Of a stretch of 64,000 bases of DNA, positions 35,545-46,281 are shown one piece after another; positions within the stretch are counted from its first letter, which is position 1; each line of letters starts with the position of its first letter. The translations under genes were made by a program, and so were the position numbers. This DNA is from Porticoccaceae bacterium (GTDB lineage: Bacteria; Pseudomonadota; Gammaproteobacteria; Pseudomonadales; Porticoccaceae): NCBI GenBank assembly GCA_029212965.1, contig JARGOV010000002.1:1638-65637 (forward strand), written 5' to 3'. The notes under the pieces were generated by a model. That model saw nothing but the letters and a program-made list of their open reading frames with translations, did not search any database and was not told the DNA's origin.

Positions 35545-36185
35545 AAATAATTGGTCTTTCTACTACGTTACTGCTAGCTGTGTTCAGCATGCAGCTCTTT
35601 GCTGCTCCAGAAGTTATTGCTTCTGGATTATTCAAAGATAAAGCTCTACTGACGATTGATGGCAAACCACGTTTGTTAAAAGTTGGTACAAGTAGCCCTG
35701 AAGGGGTGACCCTACTACGTAGTGATAGCCAGCAGGCGAATATTCTTATTGAGGGACGGACGCTGACTTTGCACTTAACTGAGCGGATATCCACGGCGTT
35801 TAAAAAGCCAAAATTTTCCGAGGTTAAAATTCCCCGCAGTCCCAACGGGCACTATTTTACATCGGGTTCGATTAACGGTCGGTCGGCGAAGTTTATGGTC
35901 GATACAGGTGCCACAGCCATCGCAATGAATATAAATGAGGCCAGCCGGCTTGGTATCGATTTACGCAAGGCTAAAGCGGGAATGTCCTCGACAGCGGGGG
36001 GCATGGTTAAAACCTTTCGCGTGATGCTCGATAAAGTGAGTGTTGGCAATGTCACTCTGCATAGCATTCCCGCCTCAGTGGTGGATGGAGATTTTCCCGA
36101 GCAAATACTGCTCGGTAACAGCTTTTTGAGTAAGGTGGAAATGACAGAACAAGCTGGCGTTTTGGTGTTTCGCAAAAAATATTAA
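35496..36185 (+). CDS. Retropepsin-like (clan AA) aspartic protease, secreted or membrane-anchored
   Basis: Active-site-like motif FMVDTGATAIAMN. N-terminal signal or anchor (LSTTLLLAVFSMQLFA). The ATG at 35496 overlaps the pgpA 3' end by 49 nt. Confidence 0.6.
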   Translation: MVSIAFGRQCVGFKPIKIIGLSTTLLLAVFSMQLFAAPEVIASGLFKDKALLTIDGKPRLLKVGTSSPEGVTLLRSDSQQANILIEGRTLTLHLTERISTAFKKPKFSEVKIPRSPNGHYFTSGSINGRSAKFMVDTGATAIAMNINEASRLGIDLRKAKAGMSSTAGGMVKTFRVMLDKVSVGNVTLHSIPASVVDGDFPEQILLGNSFLSKVEMTEQAGVLVFRKKY

Positions 36186-36264
36186 GGTTTAGGTTTTCTT
36201 CGGCCGGTAACTACGCCACTTGTCGAATCATATTCGCGATTAAATATTAAATTGAGGTTTGCCC

Positions 36265-37041
36265 ATGAGTGCCCTGGCTAAACGCATTATTCCTTGTCTG
36301 GATGTGGAGAATGGACGTGTTGTAAAAGGCGTGAAGTTTGTCGATATTCGTGATGCTGGTGATCCTGTTGAAATTGCTCGCCGCTACGATGATGAGGGTG
36401 CTGATGAAATCACTTTTCTCGATATTACTGCCAGTCATGAGGGACGGGATACAATGTTACACACCGTTGAACGTATGGCCAGTGAGGTTTTTATTCCACT
36501 GACGGTGGGTGGTGGGGTGCGTAAGCTAGAAGATATTCGCGCTCTTCTGCAGGCGGGGGCCGATAAGGTCGGTATTAATTCAGCGGCAGTGAGTAATCCG
36601 GAGTTTGTCCGTCAGGCGGCGGAAAAATTTGGCTCTCAGTGCATTGTTGTTGCTATTGATGCTAAACAAGTGGACGTGTCTCAGGGAGAGCCGCGCTGGG
36701 AGATATTTACCCACGGTGGCCGCAAGCCGACAGGTCGTGATGCCGTGGCGTGGGCAGAGCAGATGGCGCGCTACGGAGCGGGAGAGATCCTGCTTACCAG
36801 TATGGATAGAGACGGCACTAAAAACGGTTTTGACTTAGGTTTAACCCGAGCGGTTAGCGAGGCTGTGAATATTCCAGTTATTGCTTCGGGTGGGGTGGGT
36901 GATTTGCAGCATTTAGCGGATGGTGTGCTAGAGGGTGGTGCCGATGCAGTGCTCGCTGCGAGTATTTTCCACTTTTCCGAATACAGTATTGCAGAGGCCA
37001 AATCTTTTATGGCGAACCAAAATATAGAGGTGCGCTTATAG
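36265..37041 (+). CDS. hisF: Imidazole glycerol phosphate synthase cyclase subunit HisF
   Basis: Starts [14 protein letters not shown], with typical HisF blocks throughout. No hisA or hisH is adjacent. Confidence 0.9.
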   Translation: MSALAKRIIPCLDVENGRVVKGVKFVDIRDAGDPVEIARRYDDEGADEITFLDITASHEGRDTMLHTVERMASEVFIPLTVGGGVRKLEDIRALLQAGADKVGINSAAVSNPEFVRQAAEKFGSQCIVVAIDAKQVDVSQGEPRWEIFTHGGRKPTGRDAVAWAEQMARYGAGEILLTSMDRDGTKNGFDLGLTRAVSEAVNIPVIASGGVGDLQHLADGVLEGGADAVLAASIFHFSEYSIAEAKSFMANQNIEVRL

Positions 37042-37138
37042 TAGTAGGTGCAAATGATCGATAGGGCACTAGCCTCTTAGGCGCAAGAAGGTTGTAGCCC
37101 AAGGCGAGACTGGACAGTCTTGGTAAAAGGCACTGGGT

Positions 37139-37378
37139 CTAGTGTGCAGCTAGCAGTTTTAGCATGGCGGGGGGCGCCTGATTAACAAACTGAATATAAT
37201 CTGCCACTGCTTCTTGTGCCTGATCTTGCGAATCGTAGGGGCCAAGTGTCGCACCCTCTCGGGTGATGAAGTACCAATAATCCGAAAGTTTAAAGTAGCG
37301 GTCGCTACGCACTGGAGATGTGGAGGTACTTTTTGAGTCGTTTTCCCGAGTGATATAGACAACATTGTTCATAGTCAC
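37139..37378 (-). CDS. Small conserved-looking hypothetical protein
   Basis: 79-aa ORF whose core RSDRYFKLSDYWYFITREGATLGPYDSQDQAQEAV resembles small proteins seen in Pseudomonas-like genomes. I have no firm family assignment. Confidence 0.4.
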   Translation of the reverse strand: MTMNNVVYITRENDSKSTSTSPVRSDRYFKLSDYWYFITREGATLGPYDSQDQAQEAVADYIQFVNQAPPAMLKLLAAH

Positions 37379-37537
37379 ACCTGTAAAGTGCCAAAGTTAT
37401 TGTATGGCTCCCGGCCACATTTTTATTGTTTCGCTGCCCTTTTCCTGTCACTCACAAAAACGAATGCCCGATAATTCTAACATTTTTAATTTTTATAGGC
37501 TAGTTTGAAAAAATTGTAAAGACCAACCCGTCAATAT

Positions 37538-38830
37538 TTAATTGACGGGTGGTAGTTTCGATAGGATCGCGAGACCTTTTAAGAGATTTAAAGCTTCAAT
37601 GAGTTGATAATCTTTGATTGTTACTTGCGCTTTTGTCGGGCTACCCGCTGTCGTTGAGGTAGTTCCCTGGCTGAGGTGTCTACTGAGATCCGCTTCCTTG
37701 ATGCCGCTTAGTTGCTTGTTTTGGCGATGGATTTCAGCTTGCTCTACCACTATATCGGGGTGTATACCCTCCGCCTGAATGGAACGGCCATTGGGGGTGA
37801 AGTAGCGTGCCGTAGTAAGCTTGATGGCGCGACCATCACTGAGGGGTAGAATATTTTGTACTGAACCTTTGCCAAAGCTGCTGGTACCCATAATGACACC
37901 CCGGCGGTGGTCCTGAATGGCCCCGGCAACAATTTCTGAAGCGGAGGCGCTGCCTGCGTTGATTAAAATAACCAGCGGGGTGTCTTTCAGTAGTTCGCCA
38001 GCTTGGGCAGAAAAGCGCGTGTTGGCAGCAGGGGCTCGGCCCTCTGTGTAAACCACCAAGCCACCATCGAGCAGTGCATCCACTACTTCTACCGAGGCAG
38101 GTAATAGACCGCCAGGGTTGTTGCGCAGATCGAGAACTAGACCTTTGAGGGGGCTTTTATCTCTTTGTAGAGATTGAATACTTCGTCGAAATTCCTCGCC
38201 GGTGTTGGCCTGAAACTGAGCAATACGAATATAACCGAACCCCTCTTCGAGCGTTTGGTGACGCACACTGGCGGTTTTAATAATGTCTCTGATGACGGTG
38301 ATGATTAACGGGGTGGCTTTATTTTCTCGAGCGATGGTCAGTGTCAACGGTGTGCCCTTTTCACCGCGCATCATTTTAAGGGCTTCTTCAAGATTCATTC
38401 CTTGTACGGCATGGTTGTCGAGTTTAATAATCAGGTCACCGCTCTCAATGCCAGCGCGCGACGCAGGGGTATTATCAATGGGTGAAATGATCTTGATAAA
38501 ACCATCCTCCATACCAACCTCGATTCCAATACCCCCGAATTCGCCGCTAGTGTGCTCTTGAAGGTCTTTATAGGAGTCTTCTTTTAAGAAGGCCGAGTGG
38601 GGGTCGAGTTCGCCCAATAGGCCTACGATGGCATTTTCAATCAGGGTTTTGTCGTCAACTTGTTCAACATACGCTGCGCGGATTTGTTCAAACACCTGAG
38701 CAAAAAGTTGTAACTCTTCAAGTGGTAGGCGTGCCTCATCGGGGATACTGTCAGCATTGGCGAGTGGCGTTGACAGCAATGAGAGTAGCAATCCGCTGTG
38801 GGCTAAAAAGCGGGTGAGTCTTTTCATCAT
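37538..38830 (-). CDS. ctpA: Carboxy-terminal processing protease (S41 family)
   Basis: PDZ plus S41 core (GSASASEI, FGKGSVQ). The start MMKRLTRFL at 38830 is preceded by an AGGA RBS. Confidence 0.85.
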   Translation of the reverse strand: MMKRLTRFLAHSGLLLSLLSTPLANADSIPDEARLPLEELQLFAQVFEQIRAAYVEQVDDKTLIENAIVGLLGELDPHSAFLKEDSYKDLQEHTSGEFGGIGIEVGMEDGFIKIISPIDNTPASRAGIESGDLIIKLDNHAVQGMNLEEALKMMRGEKGTPLTLTIARENKATPLIITVIRDIIKTASVRHQTLEEGFGYIRIAQFQANTGEEFRRSIQSLQRDKSPLKGLVLDLRNNPGGLLPASVEVVDALLDGGLVVYTEGRAPAANTRFSAQAGELLKDTPLVILINAGSASASEIVAGAIQDHRRGVIMGTSSFGKGSVQNILPLSDGRAIKLTTARYFTPNGRSIQAEGIHPDIVVEQAEIHRQNKQLSGIKEADLSRHLSQGTTSTTAGSPTKAQVTIKDYQLIEALNLLKGLAILSKLPPVN

Positions 38831-38889
38831 TGTAATCCTGGGGGCTATGCTCTTGGGTGATAAGGGGAGTGTAGCGTAAATTAGTGCCA

Positions 38890-40044
38890 TTAAGCGCGGG
38901 GCTTAAGCCAACGTTTCGGGTCGACCGCTTTACCTTTACGGCGTATTTCGAAATACAGGGCGCTGCGTTCCAGTCCACCTGTGTTGCCGACTTTAGCGAT
39001 CGTTTCTCCAGGGTGAACCCAGTCACCGGTTTCTTTTAAAAGTACTTGATTGTGGGCATAGAGACTGAGGAAGCTATCGCCATGATCGACAATAACCAGT
39101 AGGCCTTGACCGCGTAAATAGTCGGAAAAAACCACCCGGCCATGGTGAATGGCTTTGACCGGACTAGAGTCTCTAGCGTTAAGGAGCCAGCCACGCCATT
39201 TGAGGTGAGAGCCACGGGCAGAACCAAAACTGTGGCCAACGCTACCTTTGACTGGCCAGGGTAATTTGCCGCGCCGTTGGCCAAAGGGCTGATTGTCGGG
39301 AATCTTTAAATTTTGCACGTGCTTTTGCAGGGCTTTGATGATGCTCTCAAGCTGTTTGCGTTCTAGGTTGAGCTTGGTGATACGGCTCGTTTCATTCTTT
39401 AGCTGTTGCTGAGAGCCTTGCAGCAAAACGCTGCGTTGTTTTTTCTCTTCTTGCAGGGTGTGTTGAACAGCCTGTAGTTGTCTCTTTTTTTCGGCCAGAG
39501 CATTTTGCTTATCCAGCAAAGACTGTTCGACAAGGTCGAGCTCGCGAATGGTGCTTTGGTAGTTCTCGAGAATCTGATTGCGAGCCTTAACTACATGCTC
39601 ATAATATTTCAGCATGCGGCCAATCTCTTCTGGGTTTTCCATGTTGAACAGTACTTTGAGGGGTTCTTCACGTCCTAGTCGATAGGCGGCAGAAAGCTCC
39701 ATGGCAACCTGTATTGCCTGTCGCTGTCGCTGACTGTCGAGCTGTTTTTGCTGGCTATATAGCTTGCCCAAATCGTTGCCTAACTGGCGAATGTCCTGGT
39801 CGAGTTTCAGTACGCCGCGGCGGGTTTTGGCAGTTTGTAGCTCGATTTCTCTGAGTCTTGCAGCTGATTTATCGCGCTCGGTTCGAGTCACCCTTAGTTT
39901 CTGTTGTAGCTGCGTTATCTCTTGGTTTAGCGTTTCAAGCTTGGCACTTTCTCCCTGGGCAAAAAGCGGTGCAGGTAAGCAAAGCGCAGTGGCTACTGAC
40001 AGTACTGCCAGCGCAGTGAAGAGTCTTGCTTTGCGCTCTGGCAT
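38890..40044 (-). CDS. envC: Murein hydrolase activator EnvC-like (coiled coil + M23/LytM domain)
   Basis: Long Q/L-rich coiled coil followed by an M23 domain (GLLVIVDHGDSFLSLYAH, GNTGG). The start at 40044 (MPERK) avoids overlapping gpmI. Confidence 0.8.
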   Translation of the reverse strand: MPERKARLFTALAVLSVATALCLPAPLFAQGESAKLETLNQEITQLQQKLRVTRTERDKSAARLREIELQTAKTRRGVLKLDQDIRQLGNDLGKLYSQQKQLDSQRQRQAIQVAMELSAAYRLGREEPLKVLFNMENPEEIGRMLKYYEHVVKARNQILENYQSTIRELDLVEQSLLDKQNALAEKKRQLQAVQHTLQEEKKQRSVLLQGSQQQLKNETSRITKLNLERKQLESIIKALQKHVQNLKIPDNQPFGQRRGKLPWPVKGSVGHSFGSARGSHLKWRGWLLNARDSSPVKAIHHGRVVFSDYLRGQGLLVIVDHGDSFLSLYAHNQVLLKETGDWVHPGETIAKVGNTGGLERSALYFEIRRKGKAVDPKRWLKPRA

Positions 40045-40048
40045 CGTT

Positions 40049-41623
40049 TTATTGGGCTGCGCTAAGGCTCTTGATATCTGCAGTGCAAAGTAAGGAATGG
40101 CCACTCATTTCTGCTGGTTGAGGTAATTTCATCAGCGCCAGAATCGTCGGGGCGATATCGGCGAGGGAGCCACCACCATTAAGTTGTACTTGCTTATTTC
40201 CAACATAAATGAGTGGCACCGGGTCGGTGGTGTGGGAAGTTAATGTCTGCCCAGTCTGAGCATCGATCATGTTCTCAACGTTGCCGTGATCGGCGGTAAT
40301 CAAGCAGTCACCGCCAACTTTATCGAGTGCTTCAAGAATTTTTCCAATGCAGGCATCGAGGGTTTCAACGGCTTTAATCGCAGCATTGAAAACGCCGGTA
40401 TGCCCTACCATATCGCCATTGGCAAAATTGCAAATAATGGCATCGTAATGCCCACTGGTGATGGCGGCAACTAAATTTTCGGTCACCTCGGGGGCACTCA
40501 TTTCAGGTTTTAAGTCGTAGGTGGCGACGTTGGGTGAAGGGATTAATGTGCGCTCTTCACCCGGGTAGCAGTCTTCGCGGCCGCCACTAAAGAAAAAAGT
40601 GACGTGGGCGTATTTTTCGGTTTCGGCAATTCTCAGCTGCGTTTTGCCTTGGGCCGCAAGGTATTCCCCTAGGCTATTAACCAGAGTTTGTGGTGGGAAG
40701 GCGATGTGGGTTTTCAGCTCGGCTGCATATTCAGTGCTGGTGACGAAATCGGCAAGTTTGGGGTGATTGTGACGGGGAAATTCGCTGAAGTCGGAGTCAA
40801 TGAATACCTGTGTTAATTGACGGGCGCGGTCGGGGCGGAAGTTGATAAAAATGATGCTGTCACCGTCATCAATGCTTACAGGGCTTTCGGCTTCGGCGCT
40901 GATCCGTGTTGGGCTGACAAACTCATCGTTTTCATTGCGCGCATAGGCCTGCTCTAGTGCCTCCAATGCGTTGGCGCTGTGATATTCCGCTTTGCCCTCG
41001 GTCAGTAAGCGGTAGACGGGTTCAATGCGATCCCAGCGCTGATCTCTATCCATGGCGTAATAGCGCCCGCTGACAGAGGCAATACGGCCGATGCCTAGGG
41101 CATTGAGCTTGTCGTCTATTTTTTTGAGAGAGTCTTTAGCGCTACGCGGCGGAGTGTCTCGGCCATCGAGAAAAGCGTGTAGGTAAACATTTTTAGCACC
41201 GCGCTGGAAAGCCATATCGAGTAGGGCCAGAGCATGATCTTCGTGGCTATGTACACCACCGGGCGAGAGTAAGCCGAAAATATGCAGTTTTTTATCACCC
41301 ATAACCGCTTTATCAACGGCTGCACAGTAGGCAGAATTGGTAAAAAAACTTCCGTCTTCAATGGCATTATTGATGCGGCTTAAGTTTTGGTAAACAACGC
41401 GTCCAGCGCCGAGAGTCATGTGTCCAACTTCTGAATTGCCCATTTGGCCTGCAGGTAGGCCCACTCGTTCGCCAGAGCAATGTAGCAACGTTTTGGCTTC
41501 GTTCTTCCACAGTCTATCCCAGTTGGGTGATTTAGCGTTGTAAATAGCATTGGCTTCAGTGGCGTCACTATGACCCCAGCCGTCGAGGATAAGGAGTAGG
41601 AGCGGGGCTTTTTGTGTTTCCAT
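40049..41623 (-). CDS. gpmI: 2,3-bisphosphoglycerate-independent phosphoglycerate mutase
   Basis: 524-aa ORF with the N-terminus [14 protein letters not shown], and a C-terminal metal site (ITADHGN). Confidence 0.9.
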   Translation of the reverse strand: METQKAPLLLLILDGWGHSDATEANAIYNAKSPNWDRLWKNEAKTLLHCSGERVGLPAGQMGNSEVGHMTLGAGRVVYQNLSRINNAIEDGSFFTNSAYCAAVDKAVMGDKKLHIFGLLSPGGVHSHEDHALALLDMAFQRGAKNVYLHAFLDGRDTPPRSAKDSLKKIDDKLNALGIGRIASVSGRYYAMDRDQRWDRIEPVYRLLTEGKAEYHSANALEALEQAYARNENDEFVSPTRISAEAESPVSIDDGDSIIFINFRPDRARQLTQVFIDSDFSEFPRHNHPKLADFVTSTEYAAELKTHIAFPPQTLVNSLGEYLAAQGKTQLRIAETEKYAHVTFFFSGGREDCYPGEERTLIPSPNVATYDLKPEMSAPEVTENLVAAITSGHYDAIICNFANGDMVGHTGVFNAAIKAVETLDACIGKILEALDKVGGDCLITADHGNVENMIDAQTGQTLTSHTTDPVPLIYVGNKQVQLNGGGSLADIAPTILALMKLPQPAEMSGHSLLCTADIKSLSAAQ

Positions 41624-41878
41624 AATCGATTACTTAAGTTGATTGCCTAGTCTGATAACTGTTGCAGAAGTGGGCACTTACGGGTGCACTTGCGCGAAGG
41701 TTTTTGGTTGCAGCAAATTCTACTCGTTCAGGGGCGTGAAGGCTATTTCATCTCAACGTAAATATCGGCACTTATAAAGCTGGTTTGGCTTTCGAGGCTG
41801 CTGTCGGCGTTCTAATCTAAGTTGTGTATACTACGCCGGAAATTATGAGTCGCTTCCTGTTGAAAAGGTAATTGTAAC

Positions 41879-42289
41879 GTGAGTTTTTTTGTTTTTATCG
41901 GTGAGCAATGGATACTGGTTAGTACCTTGCTGGTGTTGATTTACGTGTTTGCGTTTAGTGAACAGAAAAAAGCCGGCAAACAACTCTCGGTGCATGAGTT
42001 AACTCGCTTGATCAATGGTGATGACGCCATTTTGATTGATTTGCGCGATAGTAAAGAATACACCGCTGGCTGTATTACTGGTGCTATTAATATTCCGAGT
42101 GCAAAACTGGATGGGCGTATTTCCGAGCTGGAAAAGTACCGCGCCAAAAAAATTGTACTCGTTGATAAAATTGGTCAACAATCTGCCCCTGCCGGGCGTA
42201 AATTACGTCAGGCGGGCTATGATGTGCAACGTCTGCGCGGTGGCATGGGTGAGTGGATGCATCAGAGTTTGCCGGTGGTGAACCCGTGA
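41879..42289 (+). CDS. Membrane-anchored rhodanese-domain protein
   Basis: 136-aa ORF with an N-terminal TM followed by a rhodanese fold. GTG start. Its stop overlaps the grxC start (GTGA). Confidence 0.7.
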   Translation: MSFFVFIGEQWILVSTLLVLIYVFAFSEQKKAGKQLSVHELTRLINGDDAILIDLRDSKEYTAGCITGAINIPSAKLDGRISELEKYRAKKIVLVDKIGQQSAPAGRKLRQAGYDVQRLRGGMGEWMHQSLPVVNP

Positions 42290-42564
42290 GTACGCCGGTC
42301 AGTGCATCGTCAAGTCCAGTGAAAATGTACACTACTCGATTTTGTCCCTATTGCATTGCAGCGAGACGGCTTTTAGAGCAGCTGGACATTGACTTTGAGG
42401 ATGAGGCTGTCGACGGTAATGCAGAATTACGGGCTGAAGTTATGCGAGCCAGCGGCCAGCGCACAGTGCCGCAAATTTGGATTGGTGAGCAGCACGTTGG
42501 CGGTTATACCGAACTTGCCGCCTTACATCAGCAGGGTGGTTTATTGCCCTTGCTTGAGGGCTGA
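42286..42564 (+). CDS. grxC: Glutaredoxin 3
   Basis: CPYC active site (TTRFCPYCIAARRLL) and TVPQIWIG. The start is either GTG at 42286 or ATG at 42325. Confidence 0.85.
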   Translation: MSTPVSASSSPVKMYTTRFCPYCIAARRLLEQLDIDFEDEAVDGNAELRAEVMRASGQRTVPQIWIGEQHVGGYTELAALHQQGGLLPLLEG

Positions 42565-42619
42565 CAGCTTAACGGTGCAGCTTGTAATGATTTTTGATGG
42601 TTAATTGACCGAGACGACT

Positions 42620-43132
42620 ATGGCTGAAAATGAAACGACTGGTGCCTCCTTCGGTGATGGCCTTGATACGGGTGCCGGCACACAGTTTGCGTTAAAGCGC
42701 ATTTTCCTTAAAGATTTGTCCTTTGAGTTACCAATGGGTGCTCAGGCTTTTACGCGCCAATGGGCGCCTCAAGTTAATCAGGATATTGGTACTGAGGTCA
42801 AAAAAGTCGATGACGAGCACTATGAAGTGGTGTTGCGCCTGACTATCACTGTTGCCGAGGGTGATGATACGGCCTATCTGATTGAAGTTCAGCAGGCCGG
42901 TATTTTTATGGTTAAGGGTTTTGAGGCGCCGCAGTTAGCTCAGCTTTTAAATACACAATGCCCTGCAGTATTGTTCCCCTATGCACGGGAGCTGGTTGAT
43001 AATGTCTCGGTGCGAGGCAGCTTCCCAGCGTTGATGTTACCGCCGATTAATTTCGACGCGCTGTTTCAGCAAGCAGTCGCAGAGCAAAGAAATAAAGTCC
43101 CTGATAGCCAGCCTGCGAACAAATTGAATTAG
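42620..43132 (+). CDS. secB: Protein-export chaperone SecB
   Basis: FALKRIFLKDLSFELP and PAVLFPYARE blocks. ATG at 42620. Confidence 0.9.
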   Translation: MAENETTGASFGDGLDTGAGTQFALKRIFLKDLSFELPMGAQAFTRQWAPQVNQDIGTEVKKVDDEHYEVVLRLTITVAEGDDTAYLIEVQQAGIFMVKGFEAPQLAQLLNTQCPAVLFPYARELVDNVSVRGSFPALMLPPINFDALFQQAVAEQRNKVPDSQPANKLN

Positions 43133-43154
43133 TCTGGCTTTACTTTCGCAAGAA

Positions 43155-43192
43155 CGCCGCTGTTGATAGCTCTTCAGCGGCGCTTTTGTTTC
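43155..43192 (+). terminator. Rho-independent terminator after secB
   Basis: 8-bp GC-rich stem CGCCGCTG / CAGCGGCG followed by CTTTTGTTT. Confidence 0.65.
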
Positions 43193-43233
43193 TGTCTTGA
43201 GTGTTGGTGAACGTCTACTGTAATAAATCTCCA

Positions 43234-44646
43234 CTATTGCACTTCTATATTGAGCTCGTGCAGTTTGCGAGTCAGGGTATTTCGTCCCCAACCTAGTAGT
43301 TCTGCAGCATCGCGTTTACGCCCAGCGGTGTGCTGTAGAGCCGTTTCAATGACTGTGCGCTCGAAGGAGGGCAGCGCTGTAGCTAAGATATTTTTTTTAC
43401 CCTGGGCTAGCTCCTGTTTTAACCACTGCTGCAAGCCCTGTTCCCAGTTTGCGCTTGAAGGGTTCTTCTCATGGGGCTGATCACGCATTTCCGGCGGCAG
43501 GTCGTCGAGCAGTACTTCCCGTCCGGCAGCCATCACGGTCAACCAGCGGCAGGTGTTTTCCAGCTGTCGCACATTCCCGGGCCAGAGCTGATTACTAAGA
43601 AAAGTCTCGGCTTCTGATGATAGGACCTTGGGTTCGACCTCTAGCTCCTTGGCTGATTCGTGAAAAAAGTGATTGATGAGTCGGGGTATATCTTCGCGTC
43701 GGTCGGCCAACTTGGGTAGATGAACACGAATCACGTTAAGGCGGTGAAAAAGGTCTTCGCGGAAACGGTGCTCCTCGACCAATAGCTCAAGGTCTTGGTG
43801 TGTCGCAGCAATAATACGGACACTGGACTTTATGGGCGTGTGTCCACCAACACGGTAAAACTCGCCGTCTGCCAGTACTCGCAAAAGGCGAGTTTGAGCT
43901 TCCTGGGGCATATCGCCAATTTCATCGAGAAAGAGTGTGCCGCCCTCTGCCTGCTCAAAGCGGCCAACACGCCGTTGGGCCGCACCTGTAAATGCTCCTT
44001 TCTCGTGGCCAAAAAGCTCGGATTCGATGAGGTCGTGGGGAATGGCCGCCATGTTAAGAGCCACAAAGGGAGCCGCTTTACGCGGACTGTGGCGGTGTAG
44101 AGCCTTGGCGACGAGTTCTTTGCCGGTGCCAGATTCGCCATTGATTAAAACAGTAATGTTGGAATGGGACAGACGGCCGATGGCGCGAAAAACCTCTTGC
44201 ATAGCCGGTGCTTCGCCAATAATTTCGGTTTGATCAAGCAGCGGTGGTTCAATGGGTTTATGGGCTTTTTCTAATGCGAAGGCGATAGCTCGGTTGGCGA
44301 CCGATATCAGATCGTCGACGTCGAAGGGTTTGGGCAAATATTCGAAGGCTCCTCCCTGATAGGCGGCAACGGCGCTGTCGAGGTCGGAATGGGCAGTGGT
44401 AATAATAACGGGTAGTTGAGGAAGTTCCGCGTGAATTTTTTCGAGCAGGGCGAGACCGTCGATACCAGGCATGCGAATATCGCTAATAATGGTGTCGGGT
44501 TCTTGGGGTTGCTTGTTGAGGGCGTTGAGCAGTTTGCGGGCGTCCTCAAAGCTGCGAACCGTAAGATTGGCTTTCTCCAGCGCTTTCTCCATAACCCAGC
44601 GAATCGAATTATCATCGTCGACTATCCATATTGTCGGTTTTGTCAT
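43234..44646 (-). CDS. ntrC: Nitrogen regulation protein NR(I), sigma-54-dependent response regulator
   Basis: Receiver domain (DDDNSIRWV...SDIRMPG), AAA+ domain (GESGTGKE, GAFTGA) and a C-terminal Fis-type HTH. Confidence 0.9.
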   Translation of the reverse strand: MTKPTIWIVDDDNSIRWVMEKALEKANLTVRSFEDARKLLNALNKQPQEPDTIISDIRMPGIDGLALLEKIHAELPQLPVIITTAHSDLDSAVAAYQGGAFEYLPKPFDVDDLISVANRAIAFALEKAHKPIEPPLLDQTEIIGEAPAMQEVFRAIGRLSHSNITVLINGESGTGKELVAKALHRHSPRKAAPFVALNMAAIPHDLIESELFGHEKGAFTGAAQRRVGRFEQAEGGTLFLDEIGDMPQEAQTRLLRVLADGEFYRVGGHTPIKSSVRIIAATHQDLELLVEEHRFREDLFHRLNVIRVHLPKLADRREDIPRLINHFFHESAKELEVEPKVLSSEAETFLSNQLWPGNVRQLENTCRWLTVMAAGREVLLDDLPPEMRDQPHEKNPSSANWEQGLQQWLKQELAQGKKNILATALPSFERTVIETALQHTAGRKRDAAELLGWGRNTLTRKLHELNIEVQ

Positions 44647-45734
44647 GCTAGCCTGTCCTCAATGAATTTTAGTGGAAGGAAAATAGAAAAACGTGTGCAA
44701 CTTGGTTCGCTTTCACACTTGATCAGACCCTGGTGTTGATGGATAGCCGATTGGGCGATGGGCAGGCCCAGCCCACTGCCCTTGGCGCGGCCACTAATCA
44801 TTGGATAAAAAATGCGCTCGGCAATATCGGATGCAATGCCCGGCCCGTTATCAACAATCTCGAGCCGGCAGACCATCGGGTGGCGCTTTTTGCCGATAGT
44901 AAAGTGGTTGAGGATGCGAGTACGCAGGATAATTTCACCGCCCTGGCCAATTTTATTGGCGCCATCTAAGGCCTGCATGGCGTTGCGCACCACATTGAGT
45001 ACGGCTTGAATGAGCTTCTCTCTATCGCCAGTAATGTCGGGAATGCTGGGGTCGTAATCTTTTTTGATAATAAGGGAGCCGTGGGTCTCAGCTTGCACGA
45101 GTGTGGCTACATGCTCGGTCACTTCGTGGATATTAAGTTGAGCAAACTGAGTTGGCAGTGGGGAGCCCAGCAGTCGGTCAACCAGTTCACGCAGACGATC
45201 AGTTTCGGCAATGATGACGTCGGTATATTCGACTAGCTCACTTCTATCCAGCTCAAGAGCCAATAATTGAGAAGCACCGCGAATGCCACCGAGCGGATTT
45301 TTAATTTCATGGGCGAGGCCGCGAACCAGATTGCGAGAGGTGTCGTTGGCTGATAGCAAAGCCTCCTCCCGGTCGATGCGTAGGGTTCTATCCACCGGTA
45401 GCATTTCAAGCAGCAATAATGGTTTCTCATCTTGCCTCAGCGGTGTCACAGAGTAATCAACAGTAATTTTTCGTAGGTCGGGTAGTAATATTTTAACTTT
45501 ACGTTCGGTGAATGCCGATTCACTTTTCAGGGCGTTTAGGAAGACTTGGTGCCGTGGTTCTGCATCGGTAAATAATTGAGGTGCGTAACTATTGAGCAGG
45601 CGGTGCGCACTAACCGCGAGAAGACTTTCTGCAGCTGGATTGAGGTAGATAATAGAAAGTTCACTGTCTATTAATAGTACCCCAGTATTGAGGTTGTCCA
45701 GTACGATCTGGTTAGTCAGATTGCTGTTCATCAA
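44643..45734 (-). CDS. ntrB: Nitrogen regulation sensor histidine kinase NR(II)
   Basis: PAS domain, H box (LAHEIKNPLGGIRG) and an HATPase domain. 4-nt overlap with ntrC. Confidence 0.9.
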   Translation of the reverse strand: MMNSNLTNQIVLDNLNTGVLLIDSELSIIYLNPAAESLLAVSAHRLLNSYAPQLFTDAEPRHQVFLNALKSESAFTERKVKILLPDLRKITVDYSVTPLRQDEKPLLLLEMLPVDRTLRIDREEALLSANDTSRNLVRGLAHEIKNPLGGIRGASQLLALELDRSELVEYTDVIIAETDRLRELVDRLLGSPLPTQFAQLNIHEVTEHVATLVQAETHGSLIIKKDYDPSIPDITGDREKLIQAVLNVVRNAMQALDGANKIGQGGEIILRTRILNHFTIGKKRHPMVCRLEIVDNGPGIASDIAERIFYPMISGRAKGSGLGLPIAQSAIHQHQGLIKCESEPSCTRFSIFLPLKFIEDRLA

Positions 45735-45857
45735 TGTTGCGGGTTTAGGGTTTTGCCAAGGTGTGTGAGTTAAAGCAAGTAACAGGCCATCTTTGGAGGC
45801 GGACGGCCTTTAGCTAACAAGTCTTTCAGAGCAAGTGTAGCGGGAAAAATCTCAGAA

Positions 45858-45874
45858 TGCACCATTTTGGTGCG
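45858..45874. promoter_or_regulatory. NtrC-type operator upstream of ntrB
   Basis: TGCACCATTTTGGTGCG matches the TGCACC-N5-GGTGCA consensus at 16 of 17 positions. It lies about 125 nt upstream of the ntrB start. Confidence 0.6.
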
Positions 45875-46242
45875 ATGAAAATGGCTTCTAACAGTATAGA
45901 GGGGCTATCTATCAGCTATATAGTGGTTAAGAGCGTGCTGTTTGATGTGAAAAACCACCGTCTTTTTCTGAGTTTTTCGTTTCTTATCGCCGCAAATTAT
46001 TTTTACGAAGGCGCTATGTTTTCCCCTTTTCAAGTTTGAGATAGAAGGGGTGGTGACAATGGCTTGGCCTTGTGTGCGTCGATGGATCTAGAGGTGTACT
46101 AGATGCCTCCTGTGGAGGGGGTTGTAGGGCTAGTTTAACGATAAACCTCATTTACAAAGAGGTTGGTGCAGGCCAGTAAGGTTAGACTGGAGAGTGTTGC
46201 CGTCAGTTTTTAACAATACGAAAACAAGAGTAATACGCTGCG

Positions 46243-46281
46243 TAGAAAAGAAAAAGCCCGATCTCCATAGAAGATCGGGCT
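46243..46281 (-). terminator. Rho-independent terminator of glnA
   Basis: 10-bp stem AGCCCGATCT / AGATCGGGCT. On the minus strand it is followed by TTTTTCTTTT. Confidence 0.8.

Noticed and set aside
45857-46039. 60-aa plus-strand ORF in the glnA-ntrB spacer
   Set aside because: There is no RBS, the ORF starts within the NtrC palindrome, and the composition is hydrophobic and low-complexity.
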